DNA of 64,000 nt from Eledone cirrhosa (GCA_964016885.1 OZ024741.1:6510001-6574000), one strand, 5' to 3'. Positions 24,701 to 37,220 are shown, counted from the first letter of the stretch. Notes: generated from the letters alone by a model not told the origin. Translations and numbers: made by a program.

Positions 24701-25657
24701 TCAAACAAGATCCTACTGCCATAGATGCAAAGATTGGTGAAAGCTACAGTGTACAAATTTAAATACACTTTCCCCGAATTACAGAAATGAGTAAGTAAAT
24801 GCTTCATTCAATCATAAACCAATTCTAAATATATTTTATTATTTTGTAGCGCTCTCTAGACAGGGAAATAGCTAGAGTTACTTCCCGTCGAAAGTCGAGA
24901 ACCCTCTTTGTAACTTCCGGAAAGAGGATATAAATAGCGGCAACGCAGTCAAGCTCTCTCTCTTTTGGTGCCTTCCTTCGAACTGACAACACTGAAGACA
25001 AGCATGTTAATTTTTCTCTGACCACCTATCATGGATCTGGACTATACCTAATTATGTACGAGAATATTTGTTTACAACAATTATAACATGGAACTACAAT
25101 AAAATGAAGACTTATATTCGATACCCGTTCCGAGAAACTGCTTACGTTTTATCATTACCTTTGTAATGGGAATTAACTCTCATTCGACATGGTGTTATGT
25201 AAAAATATCTTATCCTTTTCTTTATAAAAATTAGTGGTTATAGTTACGTAGACATTACACTAACATTTTATTTATGGTTTTTAAAATAGTCTTTACATGT
25301 TGTTTGAATTTCAGAGGTTCAGATTGAGCAAAAAAAAAAAAGAAAAGGATAAATTAAAAAAATCTAAATGTATTTTTTGGGTCATGCCCTGACAACATAC
25401 CTAATGATTCATCTATGAGTAAAGTATTATATATGCTGACTGTAATAGGGAGCAGTATTAAAAAAATCACCACTGGAAAAAACTAATATTTTTATCTAAA
25501 TGATTTACTTTGACCAAACGACAATAAATATTCTGCTATAATTCCTACTTTGGTTAAAATTCAGCAATCATATTTAAATGGTCAAATATTTTGTAATGTG
25601 TGCCAAATATATTGTAACTTTCATAAAATACCCCGGTATCACCGGGTAACTCAGCTA
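21729..25657 (+). mobile_element. Helitron, 5'-truncated, with decayed RepHel C-terminus (Pif1 helicase, ~21729-24295)
   Basis: LLYAEVPTYYT, VHPNNRECFYL, VRGPTSFENLR; APAGTGKTFL, GGRTAHSMFKLP, IIWDEA, DFRQSLPV, LCNGTRL, TINKSQGQSL, FSHGQLYV. Terminator-like hairpin CCCGGTATCACCGGG..CAGCTA at 25632-25657; extension beyond 24430 is inferred. Confidence 0.85.
22329..22896 (-). mobile_element. RTE 3' fragment inserted in the Helitron ORF
   Basis: (CAT)n tail and MKDDSCIKKCRAIKIDGSHGVGRPRKTW. Near-identical in reverse complement to ~63258-63826. Removing it restores ET-NYDIQAL. Confidence 0.88.
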
Positions 25658-26042
25658 TCATCATCATCATTTTACGTCCGCTTTTCCCTGCTTGCAAGTG
25701 TGAGACGGGAACTGATTCTGGCTTGATTTCTACAGCTGGATGCCCTTCCTAACACCAACCTCATTTACAGTGAGTGCTGGGTGCTTTTTTGCCGTGGCGC
25801 CTACACGTCCACTTTACAGTGAGTGCTGGGTGCTTTTTTGCCGTGGCACCTACATGACCACTTTGCAGTGGAATGATAAGGACCCCAGTCCCTATCATCT
25901 CATTTCTACAGCTGAGTAAACTGGAGCAATGTGAAATAAAGTGTCTTGCTCAAGGAAACAACACATCACTCGGTCTGAGAATTGAACTCACAATCTTTCG
26001 ATTGTAAGGCCAATGCTCTAACCACTAAGCCATGTGCCTCCA
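25658..26042 (-). mobile_element. tRNA-derived CORE-type SINE with RTE-derived 3' tail
   Basis: Minus strand: A box TGGCTTAGTGG, B box GAGTTCAATTC, CORE-like CCTTGAGCAAGACACTTTA..TTGCTCCAGT, then GGTTGGTGTTAGGAAGGGCATCCAGC and (ATG)n. Confidence 0.85.
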
Positions 26043-26070
26043 TCTAGTATATATATATATAAACCATCTA

Positions 26071-26200
<130 letters not shown>

Positions 26201-26361
26201 AATGAGTTATTTGGTTTGTTGATTATTCAACAAAGTTAATTTTACAACAGATTAGAAGCACTCAACGAATTTTATCCAGAGTATCATTAATATTAATAAT
26301 ATCTATATATATATTTAGTATGACCGGCTGGGCGATGTAGACAGTATATATATATATATAT

Positions 26362-26760
26362 ATGTAGAGGTTATATTTAATTTGTTGGGATACAACAAGC
26401 TAAATATTTTTATAACTGATATAAAGCACTCCACAACTTATTGGAGTAAATATACAATATATTAACAAATGGAAACTATATTTATAAAACCATATTTATT
26501 TCATTATACATATTTCAAGGGCCACCAGAGCAAACTATGGTGCGCTTTCATCAGATATAATATAACGTAGGTTAGTTTTATAAATAAATATTGACATACC
26601 CTTAAAAAATGCAACCATTCTGGTTGGAATCTCCTAACTATCCAGGAGATTCCATTTGTTAATATATTGTATATTTACTCCAATAATTTGTGGAGTGCTT
26701 TATATCAGTTATAAAAATATTTGCTTGTTGTATCCCAACAAATTATATATAACTTCTATA
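26362..26760. repeat. Inverted repeat (~110-bp arms) enclosing a hammerhead; same family as 17325-17590
   Basis: 26362-26474 is the reverse complement of ~26650-26760. Confidence 0.85.
26498..26561 (-). ncRNA. Minimal type I hammerhead ribozyme (paralog of 17461-17523)
   Basis: Minus strand ATTATAT-CTGATGA-AAGCGCACCA.TAGTTTGCTC.TGGTGGCCCTT-GAAA-TATGTA-TA-ATGAAAT. Confidence 0.72.
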
Positions 26761-26923
26761 TATATATATATATCTGTTAGAACACGAAAAGTGTGAAACA
26801 ACAGAATGTTCACTTTTCGTGTTCTAACATATATGCCTAACATCTTCATAAATTTTTCGGGGATAGCCGTGGTGGTGGTGATCGTATGTCATTGGCTAAT
26901 TTTCAACCAATCAGAGTAAGTGT

Positions 26924-26991
<68 letters not shown>

Positions 26992-27429
26992 TATTCCCCC
27001 TCTCTCTATATATATCTTACGCTTTCGCTTTACACTCCTCCCCTTCAATAACACATTTCCCCCTCTCTATATATCTCTTCCACTGTTACTTACGCCTGTT
27101 TCTCTCTATCTGTTCCGTCTCTATATATATCTCTCTTACTCTTTCGCTTTGCACTCCTCCCCTTCAATACCATCTCTCCCCCTCTCTATATATTTGTTAC
27201 TCTATCGCTGCACGCTCCTCTCCTTCAATATATCAATTACACACGCTTTACACTCCTTTATCCCCAGCGCCCCTATATATACACCCCCCTCCCGCATCTA
27301 TATTTTAATGTTCCGTTGCACCGTGAATATATGTGTCTATATATATATACATATATATTGTATATACACATTCATGTATGTGTATACACACTCATGTATG
27401 TATATACACTGGTTTTATGTGTGTATTGT

Positions 27430-27547
27430 AAATTTGTACTGTTAAAACACGAAACTAACATTCGATTGACACTTTGATTACCTGTACAGGCAATAGTTAT
27501 TAGAATGCTGTTGAAGTGTGTATATATTTTTGGGGGACATCCTGTAT
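27430..27547 (-). mobile_element. Tc1/mariner MITE end fragment
   Basis: Minus strand TA|CAGGATGTCCCCCAAAAATATATACACAC resembles a mariner TIR after a TA target. Confidence 0.45.
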
Positions 27548-28313
27548 ATACACACATTATATATAATACAATAAACAGATAAATACACACATATATATAT
27601 GAGCTTATTTAATTATAAATATTGTGAATTTTTAACTCAGTTCAATTATATATATAAATGGCTTCTACAGGACTAGAACTGTTTCATTCGAAAGAAATCA
27701 TCATAATATTGAGAGGGGGGACTAGATAAAATATTTCAAATCAAATGTGTATAAGTTATAAGTTAAAATGTATAAATAGAGACGATAGTGGAGGTATATC
27801 TGTTTAGTGGAACAGTAGACGATAGAATTAAATACAGACGAGAATCTCCCTTTAATGAAACAGCAGACGATAGAATTAAGGCAATTTAAATTTTAAGCAT
27901 TTGCATTTCATCGTTACGGGGTCGATAAAATAAAGTACCAGTAATACACTGTCACTATAAGTAGACGACTTTCAAATTGAATTGTTGGTTCCATTTCTTT
28001 AGTATTTTCAATTGTAGTTATCTACTTAAAAAGCGTTATACGGTTAGAGACATAATTGGTAAGTTATATCTTCCCTATTAAACCATTGCATTATTTCGCC
28101 TACAATAGAACAAAAATGAAATGTTCTTTAAAGAAACAGGAATATAACTTTATAAAAAAAAAAGTTGCATCCGCTTCTTTTATCATTGATAATTTTTTCG
28201 TTTTAATATTAATTGTTTTTTGTAGTTGTTTATATTAAAAATCTTACTGTAATATTTACTTAAACGAAGGCAGACATCTAAACTTATAGATTAATCTTGA
28301 GCGAAGGACTAGA

Positions 28314-28317
<4 letters not shown>

Positions 28318-28399
<82 letters not shown>

Positions 28400-29461
28400 T
28401 GTGGTTGTCTGTCTGTCTATCGATTTTTGGCACACATCTCCTCTTAGAATCTCTCACGGAATTGCACCGAAATTGCTATACTTGTACATTGAGCCCTAGC
28501 GAAGACATCGGAAAAAAAAATATTTCAAATTGACCCACCCTATGTGACGAAATCGAATATAATGTATCGATTTTTTAGCGTAAGTTATCAGTTATTTCCC
28601 TTTGTTCTGTTTACATTGAGCGTCTTACGTAAAAAATTACGCTGGCTTTCTCAGTCTTTGTTAATAAATAACCAGTGCAGTTTTTATCCCCAGCATCCTC
28701 TTTTGTTATAACATTCGGGTTATCGTTATGTTTTCTTAACTTCATAAGGCATATTGTTGGTTGAGGGAATATTAATCAAAAACACCACATGCAAGTCTGC
28801 ACAGTAGACACTACAGTTTTTAAGCCAAAAAAGAAACTTAACATTGTAACTTTAACACAGCTACTGAGCGACCCCGTTTTGCTTCATTTCCATTTAAAAG
28901 CATTTTAAAACAATATTTTTACTTGAAAACAAGTCTATTTAAAGACTACGTAAAACAAGCAAATATTTCGTCGTTAGGCGTGCAGACAGACAGTCGTGCA
29001 GACAGATAGTCGTGCAGAGAGGTGATATACGCGTGCAGACAGATAGTCGTGCAGAGAGGTGATATAGGCGTGCAGACAGACAGTCGTGCAGAGAGGTGAT
29101 ATAGGCGTGCAGACAGACAGTCGTGCAGAGAGGTGATATAGACGTGCAGACAGACATAACTGATAATTTGGTTACGCTAATGTTTTTCTCTGCGTTGCAG
29201 TGTTTACATTTTCGATCTTTGTTAATAAATAACCAGTGCAGTTTCTATCCCCAGCATCCTCTTTTGTTATAACATTCGGGTTATCGTTATGTTTTCTTAA
29301 CTTCATAAGGCATATTGTTGGTTGAGGGAATATTAATCAAAAACACCACATGCAAGTCTGCACAGTAGACACTACAGTTTTTAAGCCAAGAAAGAAACTT
29401 AACATTGTAACTTTAACACAGCTACTGAGCGACCCCGAGCAACGCCGGGCTTTACTGCTAG
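28318..29461 (+). mobile_element. Non-autonomous Helitron with internal 220-bp direct duplication and 37-bp minisatellite
   Basis: A|TC start followed by (TA)n-AAAACTGTGGTTGTCTGTCTGTCT. 3' hairpin CCCGAGCAACGCCGGG then CTAG|T. 28656-28876 is repeated at 29217-29437, and 37-bp units lie at 28977-29155. Confidence 0.82.
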
Positions 29462-29470
29462 TATATATAT

Positions 29471-29684
29471 AAACGAAGAATGATAACATTTCAAGCAAAG
29501 AGTTTAATTAGGTAATGACTTACAAATTTGTTTCAGTATATATTTAATATAATATTAATATATTTTGTAATATTATTAACTAATTATTATAATTAGCGCT
29601 TCAGGCTTTGTCTATATACTGAAACAAATTTGTAAGTCATTACCTAATTAAACTCTTTGCTTGAAATTTTATCACTCTTCGTTT
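29471..29684. repeat. Inverted repeat, ~70-bp arms, carrying the 3' half of a hammerhead
   Basis: Arms 29471-29543 / 29613-29684; GAAAC-AAATTT-GTA-AGTCA at 29621-29639. Confidence 0.8.
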
Positions 29685-29871
29685 TGAATTTCTCCTAAGT
29701 ATTCAATACTCTGTTGAGAAATACATTTTACATAAACAGTCTTTGTACCATTTATACGGTATTAATTACTTATATTTATATATATATATAGCGTATGATT
29801 AGAACTGTGTTTATTATTAATATTTTAATGGATTTAATGAAAAATTTTAGGTGTTCATATATATATTCTAA

Positions 29872-29931
29872 AAATGCGCGAAATCGTGAATCCGCGATAG
29901 TTGAACCGCCAAGTAGCGAGGTATCACTGTA
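29872..29931 (+). mobile_element. Tigger/pogo-like MITE terminus
   Basis: CCGCGATAGTTGAACCGCCAAGTAGCGAGGTATCACTG|TA. Confidence 0.45.
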
Positions 29932-30811
29932 TATATGTTTAAATATATAGTGTAGCTGTGATGTATCTCGCGAGTGAATCGAGACCTGTCACTGATTTTG
30001 GTGTCCCCACTGCCGATGTGAATGAGCAACGCTGCACTTGTGAATTGGGTCTTGGTGTTGCAGGCAGTTCATATACTTACAATGATGCGGTCCCACAAGC
30101 TTGTTCACATTCCTGTGCTAATAATCTAGATGGGCGTATTAAATTGGATGTGAAAGCAGCTTACCGGATGCGGAATCGGCAGAAGTTGAGACAAAAACAG
30201 GCCGATTATAGAGCTGTGAATTTTGCTAAATTAACACAAAAACAGGCCAAGTATAGATGTTCAAAACGGTATGAGTTGGCAAACAAGCAGGCCAAGTATA
30301 GATCTGCAAATTCAGCTATTATATCTCAAAAGCAAGCCGAGCGTAGAGCTTCTAAACGTACCGAGTTGGCTAAAGAGCAGACCGAGTACAGATCTGCAAA
30401 TATCTTATTGCACAAACAATAATTCTGCACAAATGTTGCTCCATTATTTTGGCAGTATTGGTAGAGGGTCGGATGCCATGCTTTCCAGCATAGTTACGTC
30501 CCTTTACGATCTGAGTTCAAATCCTGCCGAGGTTGACTTTGCCTTTCATCCTTACGGGGTAGATAAAATAAAGTACCAGTAATGCACTGGGTAATTGCTG
30601 GCCTTGTGCCTAAAGTAGAAACAATTATTAGATCTAATGTTGCAACGATACAGTTAAATGTTGTCTGTGTATTTTAAAAAAGATTTGCTTATAATCTTTT
30701 CAAATTTCATTACGCCAATGATTCAAGCTCAAATTGACATTATCTAAAAAATTGTACAAACAGCGGTGGATTAGCAGTAGTGAACAGATAAATCAGTCAA
30801 TTTATTAAGAT

Positions 30812-31468
30812 TGACTTGGCATCAATCAGCAAGACCTTCATTAGCTGCTTTCCAGCCATCTATTTAAAGCTGTATACATCTATGGTACGAATACACTTGG
30901 AGTTCGCGTCATCAGTCTGGAACCCCTATCTTGCTCAGAACATTGACCTCCTGGAAACTGTTCAGAGACATGCAACCAAGCGCATACCCTCCATCAGACA
31001 CCTACCATGCCCTGAATATTTTGCTTCCCTCTGGCAATGGACTTGGTAAACACCCACAAAGTTATTAACCATCCGACCAACAACAACCCCGAACACCTTT
31101 TTGATCTCCATGTGTCTAACACGTGGACATGCCTACAAAGTCAGAAAACAACACAGCTCCCATGACTTTAGGAAATATTTCTTCATGCTCAGAGTTGCTG
31201 AAGGATGGAACAAACTTCCTGCATCAGTTGTTAGCTGATGACACACTGCATCCTTTAAAACCATCATACATTCCGAAATACACCAAACCTACACCTGATG
31301 TCCCCCTTCCATACACATGCACATATGTGTATATCATGACTCATGCACTGTTCTTTTTTCCTGACGTTTTTATATTACCCTATGTATTATATATGCACTT
31401 TTGATGAGTTGTAGTGCACCTCAGCATTGTACACAATATTTTCATTATTATTATCATTATTATTATTA
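30812..31468 (+). mobile_element. CR1 LINE 3' end with (TTA)n tail
   Basis: LYTSMVRIHLEFASSVWNPY, LETVQRHATK, TRGHAYKV, FFMLRVAEGWNKLP; (ATT)n at 31445-31468. Confidence 0.85.
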
Positions 31469-32659
31469 CACTCATTGATCCATTTTGCACTAACTCTGCA
31501 TCAAGCACCCTCACCTAAATATTAACCAATCAAGGATCCAATACAGCTATCTGTTGGATGAGTATTGTATAGTGCCAAAAACGAAACCAATCAGTTTAGC
31601 AGAAAGTTTCCAGACAAGAAACACGCATATTTTGCTATCCTCAAACACGTTTACACATGGCATGAAATATAACTAATCCGAGATGGCTAGGTTTCATCTT
31701 CTAACTGGATATACGAAATCCATTATGTCTTGACAACAACATGAGGTAACATTATGTTATTCACAGACACACTTTGTACACTGTTCCATATCAGAATGTA
31801 TTTCCTTCGTCACATTCACAAACAGTATTGAAAATATGTTCTTCGGCAAATAAAAATGTTTTGTTCATAATATTTCAACTAGCGATTGCTCTACTCCACG
31901 CACGACCACCATAAATTAATGACCAGCTCAACACAAGTATTGGTAGAGCGTCAGACACCATGCTTTGCAGTATTGTTATGGTCCTTTGCATTCTAAGTTC
32001 AAATCCTGCCGAGGTTAACTTCGACTTTCATACTTACTAATTCGATAAAATAAAGTACCAGTAATGGACTGCCGTAATGGATTTGTGCCGAAAAATAGAA
32101 ACACTATTAATGTGCAATAAGAGCAAAATATAACGACATTGCTCAATTATTTTATCTAATGTTGTAATAACACAAGGAAATGTTGTTTGTGTATTTTTTT
32201 TTATATTTGCTCATAGGCTTTTACAATTTCGCTCAGCCAACAACTATTAAAAAGTGAGTTGCTTAAGATAACAATTTAATCACAAATTGTTGCTATCTTT
32301 TAATACACTCCAACAAGTCATCAAATTATGTACAATAAAAACAAATCTTATTAATTTGCTCAGGGAATATAAAGAAAATGTATATACACTGATAATTGCA
32401 ATTGTATGTAAATATTTTGTTTTTGTATTGTTTATTTTATGTTTTCTATTATGTATAATATATTGATTTAATATTGATTGTTTTTTGTAGTTGTTTATAT
32501 TAAAAGTCTGAAAATATTTTTATACATCTTACACTAATATTTATAAGATAATTTATAATAACAATTACATAATCTAATTACATTACAACGATAATTTATT
32601 ATTAATATATATCCTGTTTAACTAGAGTTATTACAAGCGTTGCCTTAAAAAAATATTAA

Positions 32660-33616
32660 ACTAGACATGAAAAATGCGCAAGCTCAAAAGTGCCACAGAA
32701 TGTCATAATAAACCTTCAAAAGTGTGGGACTAGAGTTGTTGCTAAAAAATATTGTAATCATTATATATCGTACATTCTGTGGCATCCTTTATAAAAATAG
32801 GTTAAACCAACGAAGCCTTTATTTTTACGCTATTTCACTTAGTTAATTCTTAGAGTGTAACATATAAAAATAAATACATCTATGTTTAATGTAATAACAG
32901 CTATAAATAATTACGTAATATTATTATCATATACTCATAGTAACAAAATAATTGTGTTGAAAATTAATATGATGCTTATATGAACGATCAAATCTATAAT
33001 GATAATTTCTTAAATATACTAATAGTAAAATAATTTAGTTATCTATTGTTACATTTTCATAGAACTATAATATTAACAATCGTATTGCATTATCAAATTT
33101 TTATCACTACAAACTTTCATATTGGAATTACCTTAAGCCACTTATTATTACTTCGCTTTCGTACTTTTACAGCTGTAGATATTGCGCTGTATCTTATATC
33201 TAATATCAATATCTCATGGTAATTTGCATGCAGTGTAAAATAGGTTTATTAATAACTTTAATATGAAATGTATTATACAGGGCTGCGGAGTCGGCCAAAA
33301 ATTGACTGGCTCCAACTCAGGATCCGATACTCCATTATTTCCTAAATTTCAGCTCCGCAGCTCTGTTATTATATTAATTAATTTATTTTATAGTTGTAAA
33401 TCATGTTTTTATATGTTACACTCTAAGAATTAACTAAGTGAAATAGCGTAAAAATAAAGGCTTCGTTGGTTTAACCTATTTTTATAAAGGATGCCACAGA
33501 ATGTACGATATATAATGATTACAATATTTTTTAGCAACAACTCTAGTCCCACACTTTTGAAGGTTTATTATAACATTCTGTGGCACTTTTGAGCTTGCGC
33601 ATTTTTCATGTCTAGT
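32660..33616. mobile_element. MITE/foldback element with ~210-bp near-perfect terminal inverted repeats
   Basis: 32660-32869 versus 33406-33616, one mismatch seen; termini ACTAGACATG...CATGTCTAGT. Confidence 0.85.
33278..33365. mobile_element. Small hAT-like MITE nested in the foldback element
   Basis: CAGGGCTGCGGAGT...GCTCCGCAGCTCTG; flanks GTATTATA / TTATTATA give a 7/8 match to an 8-bp TSD. Confidence 0.65.
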
Positions 33617-33715
33617 ATATATATGTGTGTGTACTGGCTGGGCGATGTAGACAGTATATATATGTATATATATATGTGTGTGTGTGTGTGTGTACTGGCT
33701 GGGCGATGTAGACAG

Positions 33716-33758
<43 letters not shown>

Positions 33759-33782
33759 ACTGGCTGGGAGATGTAGACAGTG

Positions 33783-33815
<33 letters not shown>

Positions 33816-33839
33816 ACTGGCTGGGCGATGTAGACAGTG

Positions 33840-33887
<48 letters not shown>

Positions 33888-33908
33888 GGCTGGGCGATGT
33901 AGACAGTG

Positions 33909-33939
<31 letters not shown>

Positions 33940-34063
33940 ACTGGCTGGGCGATGTAGACAGTATATATAAATGTGTGTGTGTGTGTGTGTACGGGCTGGG
34001 CGATGTAGACAGTGTATATATATATGTGTGTGTGTGTGTACTGGCTGGGCGATGTAGACAGTG

Positions 34064-34100
<37 letters not shown>

Positions 34101-34124
34101 ACTGGCTGGGAGATGTAGACAGTG

Positions 34125-34159
<35 letters not shown>

Positions 34160-34183
34160 AATGGCTGGGAGATGTAGACAGTG

Positions 34184-34216
<33 letters not shown>

Positions 34217-34240
34217 ACTGGCTGGGCGATGTAGACAGTG

Positions 34241-34275
<35 letters not shown>

Positions 34276-34301
34276 ATACTGGCTGGGCGATGTAGACAGT
34301 G

Positions 34302-34332
<31 letters not shown>

Positions 34333-34354
34333 ACTGGCTGGGCGATGTAGACAG

Positions 34355-34387
<33 letters not shown>

Positions 34388-34411
34388 ACTGGCTGGGAGA
34401 TGTAGACAGTG

Positions 34412-34444
<33 letters not shown>

Positions 34445-34466
34445 ACTGGCTGGGCGATGTAGACAG

Positions 34467-34505
<39 letters not shown>

Positions 34506-34635
34506 ACTGGCTGGGCGATGTAGACAGTGTATATATATATGTGTGTGTGTGTGTGTGTACTGGCTGGGAGATGTAGACAGTGTATATGTATATGTGTGTG
34601 TGTGTGTGTGTACTGGCTGGGCGATGTAGACAGTG

Positions 34636-34666
<31 letters not shown>

Positions 34667-34690
34667 ACTGGCTGGGAGATGTAGACAGTG

Positions 34691-34723
<33 letters not shown>

Positions 34724-34747
34724 ACTGGCTGGGCGATGTAGCCAGTG

Positions 34748-34781
<34 letters not shown>

Positions 34782-34804
34782 CTGGCTGGGAGATGTAGAC
34801 AGTG

Positions 34805-34848
<44 letters not shown>

Positions 34849-34869
34849 GGCTGGGCGATGTAGACAGTG

Positions 34870-34910
<41 letters not shown>

Positions 34911-34930
34911 GCTGGGAGATGTAGACAGTG

Positions 34931-34974
<44 letters not shown>

Positions 34975-35280
34975 GGCTGGGCGATGTAGACAGTGTATAT
35001 ATATATGTGTGTGTACTGGCTGGGCGATGTAGACAGTGTATATATATATATATATGTGTGTATGTGTGTGTACTGGCTGGGCGATGTAGACAGTGTATAT
35101 ATATATATGTGTATGTGTGTGTGTGTGTGTGTGCTGGCTGGGCGATGTAGACAGTGTATATATATATATATGTGTATGTGTGTGTGTGTGTGTGTACTGG
35201 CTGGGCGATGTAGACAGTGTATATATATATGTGTGGGTGTGTGTGTGTGTGTGTGTACTGGCTGGGCGATGTAGACAGTG

Positions 35281-35319
<39 letters not shown>

Positions 35320-35343
35320 ACTGGCTGGGCGATGTAGACAGTG

Positions 35344-35382
<39 letters not shown>

Positions 35383-35467
35383 ACTGGCTGGGCGATGTAG
35401 ACAGTGTATATATATATATATATGTGTGTGTCTGTGTGTGTGTACTGGCTGGGCGATGTAGACAGTG

Positions 35468-35500
<33 letters not shown>

Positions 35501-35524
35501 ACCGGCTGGGCGATGTAGACAGTG

Positions 35525-35563
<39 letters not shown>

Positions 35564-35587
35564 ACTGGCTGGGCGATGTAGACAGTG

Positions 35588-35620
<33 letters not shown>

Positions 35621-35815
35621 ACTGGCTGGGAGATGTAGACAGTGTATATATATATGTGTGTGTATGTGTGTGTGTGTACTGGCTGGGAGATGTAGACAGT
35701 GTATATATATATGTGTGTGTATGTGTGTGTGTGTACTGGCTGGGAGATGTAGACAGTGTATATATATATGTGTGTGTATGTGTGTGTGTGTACTGGCTGG
35801 GAGATGTAGACAGTG

Positions 35816-35854
<39 letters not shown>

Positions 35855-35941
35855 ACTGGCTGGGCGATGTAGACAGTGTATATATATATATATGTGTATG
35901 TGTGTGTGTGTGTGTGTACTGGCTGGGCGATGTAGACAGTG

Positions 35942-35978
<37 letters not shown>

Positions 35979-36065
35979 ACTGGCTGGGCGATGTAGACAG
36001 TGTATATATATATATATGTGTATGTGTGTGTGTGTGTGTGTACTGGCTGGGCGATGTAGACAGTG

Positions 36066-36102
<37 letters not shown>

Positions 36103-36126
36103 ACTGGCTGGGCGATGTAGACAGTG

Positions 36127-36165
<39 letters not shown>

Positions 36166-36189
36166 ACTGGCTGGGCGATGTAGACAGTG

Positions 36190-36228
<39 letters not shown>

Positions 36229-36315
36229 ACTGGCTGGGCGATGTAGACAGTGTATATATATATATATGTGTATGTGTGTGTGTGTGTGTGTACTGGCTGG
36301 GCGATGTAGACAGTG

Positions 36316-36354
<39 letters not shown>

Positions 36355-36376
36355 ACTGGCTGGGCGATGTAGACAG

Positions 36377-36415
<39 letters not shown>

Positions 36416-36439
36416 ACTGGCTGGGCGATGTAGACAGTG

Positions 36440-36476
<37 letters not shown>

Positions 36477-36567
36477 ACTGGCTGGGCGATGTAGACAGTG
36501 TATATATATATATGTGTATGTGTGTGTGTGTGTGTGTGTGTGTACTGGCTGGGCGATGTAGACAGTG

Positions 36568-36611
<44 letters not shown>

Positions 36612-36632
36612 GGCTGGGCGATGTAGACAGTG

Positions 36633-36671
<39 letters not shown>

Positions 36672-36695
36672 ACTGGCTGGGCGATGTAGACAGTG

Positions 36696-36741
<46 letters not shown>

Positions 36742-36762
36742 GGCTGGGCGATGTAGACAGTG

Positions 36763-36801
<39 letters not shown>

Positions 36802-36825
36802 ACTGGCTGGGCGATGTAGACAGTG

Positions 36826-36871
<46 letters not shown>

Positions 36872-36892
36872 GGCTGGGCGATGTAGACAGTG

Positions 36893-36931
<39 letters not shown>

Positions 36932-36955
36932 ACTGGCTGGGCGATGTAGACAATG

Positions 36956-36986
<31 letters not shown>

Positions 36987-37010
36987 ACTGGCTGGGCGAT
37001 GTAGACAGTG

Positions 37011-37041
<31 letters not shown>

Positions 37042-37065
37042 ACTGGCTGGGCGATGTAGACAGTG

Positions 37066-37096
<31 letters not shown>

Positions 37097-37120
37097 ACTG
37101 GCTGGGCGATGTAGACAGTG

Positions 37121-37159
<39 letters not shown>

Positions 37160-37183
37160 ACTGGCTGGGCGATGTAGACAGTG

Positions 37184-37220
<37 letters not shown>

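Noticed and set aside
25960-26042. tRNA gene
   Set aside because: The tRNA-like head continues into a CORE-like domain and an RTE tail, and no acceptor stem is evident, so it is a SINE.
27665-27710. Additional hammerhead on the minus strand
   Set aside because: Core reads ATGATGA and stem I does not pair; too degenerate to call.
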